Assembly (NCBI GenBank): GCA_019428855.1
Contig: JAHYJV010000006.1
Coordinates: 17,934 to 49,933 of the forward strand
Length of the DNA: 32,000 nucleotides
Reading direction: 5' to 3'
Source of the DNA: Patescibacteria group bacterium
GTDB lineage: Bacteria; Patescibacteriota; Minisyncoccia; JAHIHE01; JAGLIN01
The notes beneath the pieces are model-generated. The model was not told where the DNA came from. It did no database searches and saw nothing but the letters and a program-made list of their open reading frames with translations. A program made the position numbers and the translations under genes. Of the stretch, positions 1 through 8,940 are shown piece after piece. Each line of letters opens with the position of its first letter. Position 1 is the stretch's first letter.

Positions 1-1
1 C

Positions 2-1345
2 TCAGATATATATCTGACATTACACATTGCAAGTACTTTGAAAAATATCAAAGATGCTGGTTATAATATCAATGAAGAAAGTTTAAGAAGAGCATTCGAA
101 TATATAAATAGGATGATTAGCTACGATATTGAACTACAAAAAAACAAAGATTTTATGATATTGGCAGTTTATACATTAACTGAACTGGAAGACTACGGAG
201 AAATAAAAGATAATCTGTTAACATATATAAAGTCTTTTGAAAAAGATAAAACTTTCTTAAACGAAGATATTAGCAATACTTCCTTGACGACTCTGGCTAT
301 ATTAACAACCAAAAAGGAAAGTATTTTTGGGAATAAATTTAAAAACGAAATATTCGATATTTTGGAAAACAGAATAGATATTGATTCTAGAGGAGCATTT
401 TTACCTGCTGGGAAAAAAGTAATCTGGCAATATTATGGGAATCCAGTCAAAGACACAGCACTACTTCTTAAGGCCTTGGTTGCAGATGAGAGGGATAATG
501 AAATTTTAGATAAGCTTTTACGGTGGATTTTGAATAGTAGAAATAAAGATGGTGCCTGGGGATCGACAAATAATACAATTACAGTTTTAGATTCACTGAC
601 TGATTATCTTTTTTGGAAAAGAGAAATGGAATCTAATTTTACCTTGAAAATATCATTAGATAATGTCGAAGAACAATCTTATAATTATAATGCAGAAACG
701 ATATTAAATCAGAATAGTTTTGAAAAGCCTATCAGTGAAATGAAATTTGGTACTTTATTGAGACTCCAGTTACAGAAAGAAAATCAGAACAAACTGACGA
801 ATAATTTCTATTATGATATATCTTTAAAATATTTTCTGCCGATTGAGAAAATTCCACCTCGAGATGAAGGATTCTCAATTACGAGAGAATTTTATGCTCT
901 GGAAGATAAGAAGAATGAAAATCCCTTGATACAAGCAAAAGTAGGAGATGTCCTCAGGGGTCATATAAAAATTCTGGTTCCTAAATATCGCAATTTTGTC
1001 TCCGTTGAGGATTTTATACCTGCTGGCGTAGAGCTGATAAATTTTGATTTATCAACTTCTGATAAGTCTTTAATCGCCGAAGAAGAGAATGATAATAGAT
1101 ATTATTATGATTGGCGATTAAGTTACAAGAATGAAAGAAAATTCTATCCTGACATGAAAGAATATAGAAATGATCGGTTGTTCCTTTTCAGAGAAAATTT
1201 ACCAGAAGGAGAATACGAGTTTGATTATTATGTCAGAGTACTTGTTCCTGGAAAATTTCATCACTTACCGGCAGTGGTTTCGGAAATGTATTTTCCCGAA
1301 AACTTTGGAAGAACGAGTGGAAGATATTTTCAAGTGGTTCAGTAA
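2..1345 (+). CDS. alpha-2-macroglobulin family protein, C-terminal part (5' end outside window)
   Basis: The frame is open from the window edge (nt 2) to the TAA at 1343-1345. It contains a DGAWGSTNNT toroid-like segment. FIPAGVELINFDL and DRLFLF...PAVVSEMYFPENFG match C-terminal blocks of bacterial A2M (YfhM-like) proteins. A hairpin plus T tract follows. Confidence 0.75.
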   Translation, partial: SDIYLTLHIASTLKNIKDAGYNINEESLRRAFEYINRMISYDIELQKNKDFMILAVYTLTELEDYGEIKDNLLTYIKSFEKDKTFLNEDISNTSLTTLAILTTKKESIFGNKFKNEIFDILENRIDIDSRGAFLPAGKKVIWQYYGNPVKDTALLLKALVADERDNEILDKLLRWILNSRNKDGAWGSTNNTITVLDSLTDYLFWKREMESNFTLKISLDNVEEQSYNYNAETILNQNSFEKPISEMKFGTLLRLQLQKENQNKLTNNFYYDISLKYFLPIEKIPPRDEGFSITREFYALEDKKNENPLIQAKVGDVLRGHIKILVPKYRNFVSVEDFIPAGVELINFDLSTSDKSLIAEEENDNRYYYDWRLSYKNERKFYPDMKEYRNDRLFLFRENLPEGEYEFDYYVRVLVPGKFHHLPAVVSEMYFPENFGRTSGRYFQVVQ

Positions 1346-1366
1346 ATTAAAAACTTATTTACAAAA

Positions 1367-1393
1367 TAAAGCGACCTTCAAAAGGTCGCTTTT
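1367..1393. terminator. intrinsic terminator hairpin (usable in both orientations)
   Basis: Stem gcgacctt / aaggtcgc at 1371-1389, T run at 1390-1393, A-rich run upstream. It lies between the convergent A2M and pbpC genes. Confidence 0.7.
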
Positions 1394-1430
1394 AATTAGG
1401 GTAAGCTGATTGTCAAAATAATGAAACTTC

Positions 1431-1509
1431 GTTGGCTCTAGTCTTCTGACTGGAGCCGTTTGTCAAACTTCACTCTGTTGGCTCCATACTCTGCTGTGGA
1501 GCCGTTTGT
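1431..1509 (+). repeat. two tandem ggctcYa...tggagcc hairpin modules
   Basis: gttggctcta-N10-tggagccgtttg at 1431-1464 and gttggctcca-N10-tggagccgtttg at 1477-1509. The stems and flanks are conserved while the loops differ. A third module starts at 1544. Confidence 0.8.
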
Positions 1510-1543
1510 GATTTTCAGTAAACTTCTTTCCGGTTCACATAAT

Positions 1544-1679
1544 GCTCCACAGGGCTAATGCCACAGTGGAGCCAATGTTGATGTTTTTAAAATTTATAAT
1601 TTTCAAACTTTTGATAAGAGGCAAAGCATCTGTCATCCTGAATTTAATTCGGGATCTTTTGTCTATAACCCCTAGCTTA
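1544..1679 (+). repeat. 136-nt mosaic palindromic element, copy 1
   Basis: Aligns end to end with 9065-9200, roughly nine in ten positions identical by eye. It contains a ggctcca/tggagcc hairpin and the tgtcatcctgaatttaattcgggatc hairpin module (1631-1656). Its last 3 nt are the pbpC stop codon. Confidence 0.85.
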
Positions 1680-3800
1680 TTGTTCATCCTCAATATAAAT
1701 TACGACAGTTTCTTCAGTGCCATTTTCTTGCATTGCTCTGATTTCATAACGCCCATACTTCGCAGGCTTAAAGTTTAATTCTGAATTATTATCCCAAAAA
1801 AGATCATTCACAAACCATTTTACATTTTCTCTCGCTCTTAAGGGAATTCGAGTATCCTTTTCCAAAAGAAAAACATCTCCATCGTGTGGATTTATTATGA
1901 GATTATTATTTTCAAGCAGATATTTTGATTTTTCAAAATCATCATCTAATAAACCATATTCTATAGTATTGTTGTCGGCATACTCCTTTATTAAATCAAA
2001 ATTAAGCGGAGAATTTTTGTTGTAATTAGAGTTTATCAATAAGTTCATAATTTCATTCCAAATTCTACCAGCGCCACTTTGACCAGAAATATTTTCCATA
2101 GGAGTATTATCACTATTCCCAACCCAAACACCCACCAGAAAATCAGGAGTATAGCCGATTGTCCAGCTGTCATGATATTCTCGAGATGTACCAGTTTTAA
2201 CGGCATAGTTGTCTTTTGAAATATTTAAATTGCTCTTAATTCCAAATTGTTCAATTCCAGTATTTCTATCAGAGGTAATTTTATTAATAAGTTGAATATA
2301 TTTTTTTTCCGCAATCTGTTTTTTTTGAGAAAAATTCGTATCTATACTTGTTTGAAAATTATTCTTATCTTTGTAAATTTTCAAAGGTTTAAGCTCACCC
2401 TTGTTTGGGAAGATTGTAAAATAGTAAGAAAGAGTGGTTAAATCCATTTCAAGTGCACCAAGTGCGATGCCGAGCTGATAGTTTTCTATGTCCTGAACTG
2501 GTTTAAATTCGAGATCATCAAGTAAAAAATTATTAAAGTTATCAATACCAGCATACTCTAATACTTTTACCGAAGGAACATTTAAGCTATTGGTTAAAGC
2601 ATAATGTAAATTGACTTTTCCTCTGTATTGATAATCATAATTTTTTGGATAAAAAGAGAAACCAGTGCCAATCGTATATTTATATTCCTTGTCTTCTACT
2701 ATTGTATAGGGTCTTAACTGTTTTTCAAAACCTTTCAGATATATGAATGGCTTCACGGTCGATCCGATAGGTCTAGGTTTTATAGCCATATTAATTTGAT
2801 ATCCATAAGATGGGACTTCTGGTTGTGGAGAACCTATAATCGACAGGAGTTCGTTTTCAGGAAGTTTAATAATGACAATTGCTCCATTGGTGACACTTTT
2901 TTTGTCCAGTAAAAGAAGGTTCCTCTTGAGAATTTCTCTTGAGTTCATGCTCAGGTCTTGATCAATGGTTAGGTTGCAATTTATTTGACATTCAATACCA
3001 AATGATTCTAATTCAAAAAAAGTATTATTTTTGATATAGTTATTAAAAGCTTCCTTTCTTTGGATAATTTCATTTGTCTCAAAAGATTTTATCTCTCTTG
3101 CGTTTTCTTGAAGTTTTTCTGCCAGAATATTCGCTGCAAGAGCATTATTTGCAGAAAAAGGATGGTTCGTAGATGGGTTACTCAATGTGGCAAGTAGTTG
3201 CAAAGATTGTTCCTTGGTAAGTAAATGGGGGGTTGTGTCAAAGTATAATCTACTTGCTTGATTTATGCCTTGAACATTATTTCCCAAATAAACCGAATTA
3301 AGATACATTCTTAACACATCTTCTTTACTTGAAAATAATTCCAAATTGATAGCATAGACAGTCTCTACTAATTTATTGTTTATTGATCTTTCAGACTCAT
3401 TTTGAAGTAAAATTTTTGCAAGTTGCTGAGTTAAGGTGCTTGAGGCGAGATTATCTTTTCCTAAAAATAAATTATAAAATGCCCGCAAAGTGCTGATTGG
3501 ATTAACTCCAAAATGATAATAAAAATATTTATCTTCTTTTTCAAGCAGCAAGTCGCTGAATTCACTGGGAATATTATTTGAATATACGGAATGATAGCCG
3601 AGATGATTTGGTTTTATATAAATGTTCAATCCTTCTCTGTCTTGCATTGATATAGATTGACGATTTTCATAGGCTAAGATCATTTTATGATTCATTGTTT
3701 TGCCAAAAAATAAAAACCAGATGACTATAAAAAGAGATAATAAAAAAAAGGTCAAAAATATTCCTTTTTTAAATCTATTTAAATTTGATTTGTTATTCAT
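1677..3800 (-). CDS. pbpC: bifunctional penicillin-binding protein, PBP1C type (GT51 transglycosylase + transpeptidase)
   Basis: N-terminal TM anchor. GT51 motifs EDKYFYYHFG, SSTLTQQLAK and RMYLNSVYLG. Transpeptidase motifs STVK (SxxK), SLN (SxN) and KTGTS. C-terminal extension like the PBP1C C-terminal domain. Confidence 0.85.
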   Translation of the reverse strand: MNNKSNLNRFKKGIFLTFFLLSLFIVIWFLFFGKTMNHKMILAYENRQSISMQDREGLNIYIKPNHLGYHSVYSNNIPSEFSDLLLEKEDKYFYYHFGVNPISTLRAFYNLFLGKDNLASSTLTQQLAKILLQNESERSINNKLVETVYAINLELFSSKEDVLRMYLNSVYLGNNVQGINQASRLYFDTTPHLLTKEQSLQLLATLSNPSTNHPFSANNALAANILAEKLQENAREIKSFETNEIIQRKEAFNNYIKNNTFFELESFGIECQINCNLTIDQDLSMNSREILKRNLLLLDKKSVTNGAIVIIKLPENELLSIIGSPQPEVPSYGYQINMAIKPRPIGSTVKPFIYLKGFEKQLRPYTIVEDKEYKYTIGTGFSFYPKNYDYQYRGKVNLHYALTNSLNVPSVKVLEYAGIDNFNNFLLDDLEFKPVQDIENYQLGIALGALEMDLTTLSYYFTIFPNKGELKPLKIYKDKNNFQTSIDTNFSQKKQIAEKKYIQLINKITSDRNTGIEQFGIKSNLNISKDNYAVKTGTSREYHDSWTIGYTPDFLVGVWVGNSDNTPMENISGQSGAGRIWNEIMNLLINSNYNKNSPLNFDLIKEYADNNTIEYGLLDDDFEKSKYLLENNNLIINPHDGDVFLLEKDTRIPLRARENVKWFVNDLFWDNNSELNFKPAKYGRYEIRAMQENGTEETVVIYIEDEQ

Positions 3801-4380
3801 CCTTGTTTATAATAATAAATTTATCACTTTTTTTTGCTTGGGTAGCAAGTTCGATAATTTTTCTGCGAACCGTAACAGGATGAGGGACAGAGGGAAGTTC
3901 AAATTTATTTTCTTGAGAAGCTGTTTGAATTTTTATGTTTCCAAAACCAAACATTGTTTGAAAAAGACCATGAACATTACTTGTTATGTCTTGAATATTT
4001 TTTAGATCCAACTCAGAAACAGTGCGATTGAAAAAACCAATTTGTTCAATGTCTAGCAATCTTTGGTTGGTCACAATACAAACATCTAAATAGTAATCCA
4101 CCCAAATTCTAAAAGTTAGAATCCAGAGGAAGCCATAATAAACTATCGAAAGATGTAGAAAGACCTTATTATACGGTGCTAAGGATAATGCTGGTAATAT
4201 AAAAGGTGCAATCATTGTATAAAATAGTATAGGTAGTAAAGAGAATACAATAATTTGGATAATATGTGGAAGAAGAATTAAGATGTGTTTTCTGACTACT
4301 AAGACAACTTTTTCTGCAGGATGTTGACTGGGAAATTTAAATTTATCTTCTTTGGCTAAATTTATTGAATTCTTTTTCAT
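3793..4380 (-). CDS. membrane protein with bacterial PH (bPH/YdbT-like) domain
   Basis: Two central TM helices followed by a soluble domain (VTNQRLLDIEQ...IKIQTA) laid out like bPH_2 family proteins. Its stop overlaps the pbpC start by 8 nt. Confidence 0.45.
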   Translation of the reverse strand: MKKNSINLAKEDKFKFPSQHPAEKVVLVVRKHILILLPHIIQIIVFSLLPILFYTMIAPFILPALSLAPYNKVFLHLSIVYYGFLWILTFRIWVDYYLDVCIVTNQRLLDIEQIGFFNRTVSELDLKNIQDITSNVHGLFQTMFGFGNIKIQTASQENKFELPSVPHPVTVRRKIIELATQAKKSDKFIIINKDE

Positions 4381-4640
4381 ATTTTGATTAATAAATTGTT
4401 GCTTGATTTGTCAATAAAATCTTGAACAGTAAGAATATCCCAATCAATAGTCAAGAAAGTGACAATTATAGCCAGTGATATTATAATTAAAATTATCGCA
4501 AAAAAATACGCAACATTCTTTGTCGAATCTCCTTTGATTCCATAACGACTTAGATGATAAAAAATTAGCAAACCAAAAAGAAAAAATAGTCCGAGGGGAA
4601 TAAAGACAAAGGCGAGAAAGTCTACAAAAGGAAAATCCAT
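4377..4640 (-). CDS. small two-TM membrane protein
   Basis: 87-aa ORF with two hydrophobic helices. It shares an ATGA stop/start overlap with the downstream ORF and starts 16 nt after the ruvB stop. Confidence 0.45.
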   Translation of the reverse strand: MDFPFVDFLAFVFIPLGLFFLFGLLIFYHLSRYGIKGDSTKNVAYFFAIILIIISLAIIVTFLTIDWDILTVQDFIDKSSNNLLIKI

Positions 4641-4656
4641 AATATTTAATTACAAG

Positions 4657-5670
4657 TTATAATAATGTATTTTCGCTGTCATCTGGCCAGGCAATATCTA
4701 AGTGTTTGTAAGCCAACTTTGTGACTTTCCTGCCACGTGGGGTTCTGATGATAAATCCAAGTTGAAGAAGATACGGTTCATAAACATATTCAACGGTATC
4801 TTCCTGTTCGCTAAGACTGGCAGCGATAGTGGAAACACCAACAGGCCCTCCGCCAAATTTTTCAATTATAATCTCTAGAATTTTTCTATCAGTGTGTTCT
4901 AGACCCGATTCGTCTATTTCGAGGTATTCAAAAGTTTGTTCAACAATCTCTTCATTAATTATACCATTTCCTTTTACTTGAGCAAAATCTCGAACTCTTT
5001 TCAAGAGGCGGTTCGCGATTCTTGGTGTTTGCCTTGAACTTTTGGCAATTCTTTTTGCACCAGCAGAATCAATCTCGATATCGAGTATTCTACTCGATCT
5101 TTTTATAATATATTCAATCTCTTCATTATTATAGAATTCTAGTCTTTGAGAAATTCCAAAACGGTTCAAAAGGGGGGGCGAGATTAAGTCGATTCTAGTT
5201 GTTGCTCCAATGAGAGTAAACTTGGGCAGGTCAAGCCTAATAGTTCTAGCTGATGGTCCTTTACCGACAATGATATCAAGAGCATAGTCTTCCATAGCAG
5301 GATACAAGACTTCTTCAATCAGTTTATTTAATCGATGAATTTCATCAATAAACAAAATATCGCCATCTTCCATATTTGTCAGAATGGCTCCGAGATCTCC
5401 AACTTTTTCAATGGCCGGACCGGAAGTAATTCTTATGTTTTGCCCCATTTCATTAGCAATGAGGTGGGAGAGAGTCGTTTTCCCAAGCCCGCTAGAACCA
5501 TGAAACAAGATGTGTTCGATTACTTCATGTCGTTTTTTGGCAGCTTGCATTAAAATGTCTAGATTTTTTTTTATTTTTTCTTGTCCAGTAAAATCAGCCA
5601 GACATTTTGGTCTGAGGGACAGTTCAAAATTAGTATCATCAATATTCTCCTTTGGATCTGTTATTTTCAT
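4657..5670 (-). CDS. ruvB: Holliday junction branch migration helicase RuvB
   Basis: [16 protein letters not shown], Walker [10 protein letters not shown], Walker [11 protein letters not shown], and a RuvB C-terminal winged helix. The ORF is open to 5709, but a -10 box overlaps that ATG, so I prefer the MKITDP start at 5670. Confidence 0.9.
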   Translation of the reverse strand: MKITDPKENIDDTNFELSLRPKCLADFTGQEKIKKNLDILMQAAKKRHEVIEHILFHGSSGLGKTTLSHLIANEMGQNIRITSGPAIEKVGDLGAILTNMEDGDILFIDEIHRLNKLIEEVLYPAMEDYALDIIVGKGPSARTIRLDLPKFTLIGATTRIDLISPPLLNRFGISQRLEFYNNEEIEYIIKRSSRILDIEIDSAGAKRIAKSSRQTPRIANRLLKRVRDFAQVKGNGIINEEIVEQTFEYLEIDESGLEHTDRKILEIIIEKFGGGPVGVSTIAASLSEQEDTVEYVYEPYLLQLGFIIRTPRGRKVTKLAYKHLDIAWPDDSENTLL

Positions 5671-5707
5671 GAAATTTTCTAGTAAATTATGATTAATCTT
5701 ATACTTC

Positions 5708-5735
5708 ATTATACTAAATTCACAGGTATTGACAA
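5708..5735 (-). promoter_or_regulatory. sigma70-like promoter for ruvB operon
   Basis: On the minus strand: TTGTCA, 16-nt spacer, TATAAT. Its -35 box overlaps the -35 box of the divergent plus-strand promoter. Confidence 0.5.
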
Positions 5736-5757
5736 GATTAGAAATATATGATAGGCT
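5729..5757 (+). promoter_or_regulatory. sigma70-like promoter (extended -10) upstream of candidate sRNA
   Basis: TTGACA at 5729-5734, 17-nt spacer ending in TGa, then TAGGCT at 5752-5757. Confidence 0.4.
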
Positions 5758-5783
5758 GATTAGTCAAGTTAGAATAATCATTA

Positions 5784-5941
5784 AAAACACTTAACAATTT
5801 GTAGACAGTCGGGGATATTATCCCAGACCTGGGTAGTTTGGGTTCCTGTATTGGAATTTCTGGTCTATTCCTCGGAAGTTTCTCCACCCTCATTCTTTTA
5901 AAAGCTGAGGACCTAACTGTCTGCAAATTATTGAGTGTTTT
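5784..5941 (+). ncRNA. candidate structured small RNA (class unknown)
   Basis: A 26-position closing stem pairs 5784-5809 with 5916-5941 (23 Watson-Crick pairs, 2 GU, 1 mismatch). It encloses about 106 nt containing local hairpins. A promoter lies upstream and a T-rich tract (attttattt) follows. The 62-aa antisense ORF here looks spurious. Confidence 0.4.
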
Positions 5942-6004
5942 ATTTTATTTGTGTAAATGATATACTGTTAAAGTAAGATAAAATTTATTTTGTATATATT
6001 AATT

Positions 6005-6964
6005 ATGAACATAAAAGCAAAAGATAAACAATCTTTGATAATATTTATAATTTTCATCGCAGTAGTTATTTTTAATAAGTGGCAAATTTTTACATCACAT
6101 AGTTATCTAAAACTAGGAGATGATAACATCTCCGGTGGCAACACAGTTGATTCACTTCATGATTATAAATATGCTGCTGTCATAGATGGAAATAGAGAAG
6201 TAGTCTATCAAGCGAGAATCAAAAGAGCAGAAATATTTTTGAAATATAATCAGCTTGATAGTGTTCAAAATGAAATAAATATTGCACTGAAGGAGAATAA
6301 ATTTGATTACAGGGCTTATGAAATTATGGGAGATGTTTATTATAAAAAAAGAGATATTTTGAGTGCTTTAAAATCATATCGTGAAGCAATTGACTTAGAA
6401 AATAATGAAGAGATAAATATTAAAATGGTCAAAACCTTAATTGCAAATAATGAAAACGAGCAAGCACAGGAATTGCTCTTGGAGCTTTTGTCGGAAAATA
6501 GTGATAATATTGAAATAATATATTATTTAGGTCTTTTGGAATATTATATTAATGCAGACTTTAATGATTACTTTAAAACAATTGAAATAATTGAAAATAA
6601 CCAGTATAAAAATAGGATAGCGGTTATTAAAGATCATTATAGAGACGATGAGATTATAAAATTAAAAAAGCTTAGCGATATTTTAGTTATCTCCTCTTTT
6701 AATGAAATAGATGAACCATATTTTGCAATAAATAAAAGTAGAGAGGTGTTAAAAATTAATCCGAATTACCGGGATGCATGGATTCAACTTGGCAAGTCAT
6801 ATTTTATTCTTGAAGATTATCAGAGTGCAAGCGATAGTTTTAGTAGTGCCTTAGAGTTAGATAGTAATAATCCTGAAATATTGTTTTGGCTGTTTAAGGT
6901 ATTTGAAAAAATGGGAAATGTTCTGCAAGCCGATGAATATTTGGAAAAATATAATCAATATTAA
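6005..6964 (+). CDS. TPR repeat protein with N-terminal TM/signal anchor
   Basis: N-terminal hydrophobic helix, then repeated TPR-like units (e.g. YEIMGDVYYKKRDILSALKSYREAIDLENN and AWIQLGKSYFILEDYQSASDSFSSALELDSNN). The ORF is open from a TTG at 5990; ATG 6005 is preferred. Confidence 0.65.
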   Translation: MNIKAKDKQSLIIFIIFIAVVIFNKWQIFTSHSYLKLGDDNISGGNTVDSLHDYKYAAVIDGNREVVYQARIKRAEIFLKYNQLDSVQNEINIALKENKFDYRAYEIMGDVYYKKRDILSALKSYREAIDLENNEEINIKMVKTLIANNENEQAQELLLELLSENSDNIEIIYYLGLLEYYINADFNDYFKTIEIIENNQYKNRIAVIKDHYRDDEIIKLKKLSDILVISSFNEIDEPYFAINKSREVLKINPNYRDAWIQLGKSYFILEDYQSASDSFSSALELDSNNPEILFWLFKVFEKMGNVLQADEYLEKYNQY

Positions 6965-7093
6965 TTTTAGAATATATTAAGTTAATTTCCCGTGATTTAT
7001 AGATGGAATTAATCACAGAGAAAAAAGGGAATATTATAAATTATCTCTTCATCATAGATGGCGAAGAGCTAATAAATTTTATTCTTAAATTAT

Positions 7094-7120
7094 AAAAACC
7101 TTGCTAAATGCAAGGTTTTT
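7094..7120. terminator. bidirectional intrinsic terminator
   Basis: aaaaa-ccttgc-taaat-gcaagg-ttttt, between the convergent TPR and pilB-like genes. Confidence 0.75.
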
Positions 7121-7145
7121 ATAAAAAAGATAGTAATTTAAATTA

Positions 7146-8879
7146 TTAGCTTGTAGTAAAAACTTCTCCTGTTACCCTTCTGATTTCCTCTAGGGAAGTT
7201 CTGCCCTCAATAGCTTTTAAGATGCCATCTTCTTGCATTGTTATCATGCCATCTTCTCTAGCAGCTTGCATTGCTTCTGAGGCGGAAGTATTACCAAGAA
7301 TAACTTTTTCTATGTTCGTCGTCATGGTGAATATCTCATAAATTCCAATTCTGCCCGAATAGCCAATGAAATTACATTTTGAACAGCCGCTACTTCTGTA
7401 AATAAACTTTATGTCAGTTGGAATCTCCATTCGCTTGTTTCGTGGTATATTTTTTAGAACTGATTTTATTTTATCGATGGTTTCTTGAGCAGGTACATAT
7501 TCTTCTTTACAGTGTTCGCATAATGTCCTGACCAGTCTTTGAGCAATTACAGCATTGATAGCAGGAGCAATTAATGCTGGGTTAACTTTTAGATGTAATA
7601 GTCTCGGGATAACACCAGCGGCATCATTCGTATGAAGGGTTGAGAGAACCATATGTCCAGTAAGTGCAGCTTGGATTGAAATTTCAGCAGTTTCTGGGTC
7701 TCTTATTTCCCCAACCATCACGATGTCTGGATCTTGACGCACGACAGCTTTTAGACCATCTGCAAAAGTAATACCGGTTCTAGTGCCAGTGCCAGCAGCA
7801 CTAAGGCCAACTTCTGTTTGAGAAATTCCTTCTACTCTATATTCCACGGGATTTTCCAGGGTAATGATTTTTACACTTGGTTGATTTAATCTTCTGATAA
7901 AAGAATATAAAGTAGTTGTCTTACCGCTTCCAGTTGGACCAGTAGTCAGAATCATACCAGTAGGCTTGATAAGTTGTTCTTCTAATATTTCTAAGTAGTA
8001 TTGATTAAATCCCAATTCATCTAGCTTTAATCCTGTTCCTTCGTCAGAAAGAATTCTCAAAACTATACTTTCACCAAAACTACTGGGAAGAATAGAGGAT
8101 CTGACATTTATGCCAGTATTTTCCAGCTCAATGTTGAAGTGACCATCTTGAGGCGTATCAGAGACATTGAGTTTCATTTTGGAGAGCATTTTTACCCTTG
8201 AAACGATTATTTTGTGAACTTTTTGTGGCAAATTTACAATATCTTGTAATACTCCATCAACTCTGTAGCGAAGTCTGGTATAATCTTTATTAGGTTCAAT
8301 ATGGATATCACTCGACTTTGTTTTTATAGCACCTGCCATTATAATATTAAAAATCTCGGTCGTATTTATCTCAGTAATTCTTTTTTTCAGATCAATAATA
8401 TTTGTAATTCCCGTTTCAAATTCAGTTAAATCTTCTTTTTTTAATACTACACTTTGATTTTCAAATTTTTCAGTTACGGTCACTTTGTCATAATTTGCCC
8501 AAGCCCTTTTTAAACTATCCCTTGACACAACTACCAAGCTATAACTAAGACCATCTTCTTTTTTCAAATTATCAAGAAAACTTTTTGTTTCATAATTTTC
8601 AGGATCAGTTACAGCAATTTTATATTTTTTTCCCACCTTATAAACAACTGCGATATTTGCTTTTTGGGCGGTCTCTTTTGGAATTGAGTTTAGTATATCA
8701 GAGTTTATTGGTACTAAACTAAGATCGACATATGGAAGCTGATGTTTATTTGCCAGAGCCGTTGCTCTTTCTTCTTCGCCTTTATGATACAGACTTCTAA
8801 TGGTTTCATTTTGAACTTTATTTTTCAGTTCTTCTCTTTCTTCTTCTTCATTACCCAAACCTTGAATTACTTGTTTCAT
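7146..8879 (-). CDS. pilB: type IV pilus / type II secretion assembly ATPase (PilB/GspE family)
   Basis: T2SSE_N-like N-terminal domain, Walker A GPTGSGKTT, Walker B/Asp box IVMVGEIRD, His box LSTLHTNDA, and a tetracysteine motif CEHC...CSKC. The promoter at 8912-8940 places the start at MKQVIQ (8879) rather than the ORF maximum at 8966. Confidence 0.9.
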   Translation of the reverse strand: MKQVIQGLGNEEEEREELKNKVQNETIRSLYHKGEEERATALANKHQLPYVDLSLVPINSDILNSIPKETAQKANIAVVYKVGKKYKIAVTDPENYETKSFLDNLKKEDGLSYSLVVVSRDSLKRAWANYDKVTVTEKFENQSVVLKKEDLTEFETGITNIIDLKKRITEINTTEIFNIIMAGAIKTKSSDIHIEPNKDYTRLRYRVDGVLQDIVNLPQKVHKIIVSRVKMLSKMKLNVSDTPQDGHFNIELENTGINVRSSILPSSFGESIVLRILSDEGTGLKLDELGFNQYYLEILEEQLIKPTGMILTTGPTGSGKTTTLYSFIRRLNQPSVKIITLENPVEYRVEGISQTEVGLSAAGTGTRTGITFADGLKAVVRQDPDIVMVGEIRDPETAEISIQAALTGHMVLSTLHTNDAAGVIPRLLHLKVNPALIAPAINAVIAQRLVRTLCEHCKEEYVPAQETIDKIKSVLKNIPRNKRMEIPTDIKFIYRSSGCSKCNFIGYSGRIGIYEIFTMTTNIEKVILGNTSASEAMQAAREDGMITMQEDGILKAIEGRTSLEEIRRVTGEVFTTS

Positions 8880-8911
8880 ATTATTAAATGTATTTGTTAT
8901 CTTATATTTAT

Positions 8912-8940
8912 ATTTTACAAGATAGTGTCGTTTTTGGCAA
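8912..8940 (-). promoter_or_regulatory. sigma70-like promoter for pilB-like gene
   Basis: Minus strand: TTGCCA, 17-nt spacer, TAAAAT, about 30 nt upstream of the ATG at 8879. Confidence 0.5.

Noticed and set aside
1170-1409. 79-aa plus-strand ORF overlapping the A2M 3' end
   Set aside because: It is an alternative frame of a well-supported CDS, and it runs through the terminator hairpin.
1542-1778. 78-aa ORF in the track; the same applies to 8742-9032, 23448-23804 and 5738-5926
   Set aside because: These ORFs are translations of palindromic repeat, promoter or candidate sRNA sequence (for example VILNLIRDL from the hairpin module). They overlap better-supported genes or signals and have no family resemblance.
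5784-5941. Possibility that the long-stem RNA is the signal recognition particle (4.5S) RNA
   Set aside because: ctggtctattcctcggaag superficially resembles the 5' side of SRP helix 8. However, the GNAR tetraloop followed by the GGAAGCAGCC 3'-side motif is absent on both strands. I kept it only as an unclassified sRNA candidate.
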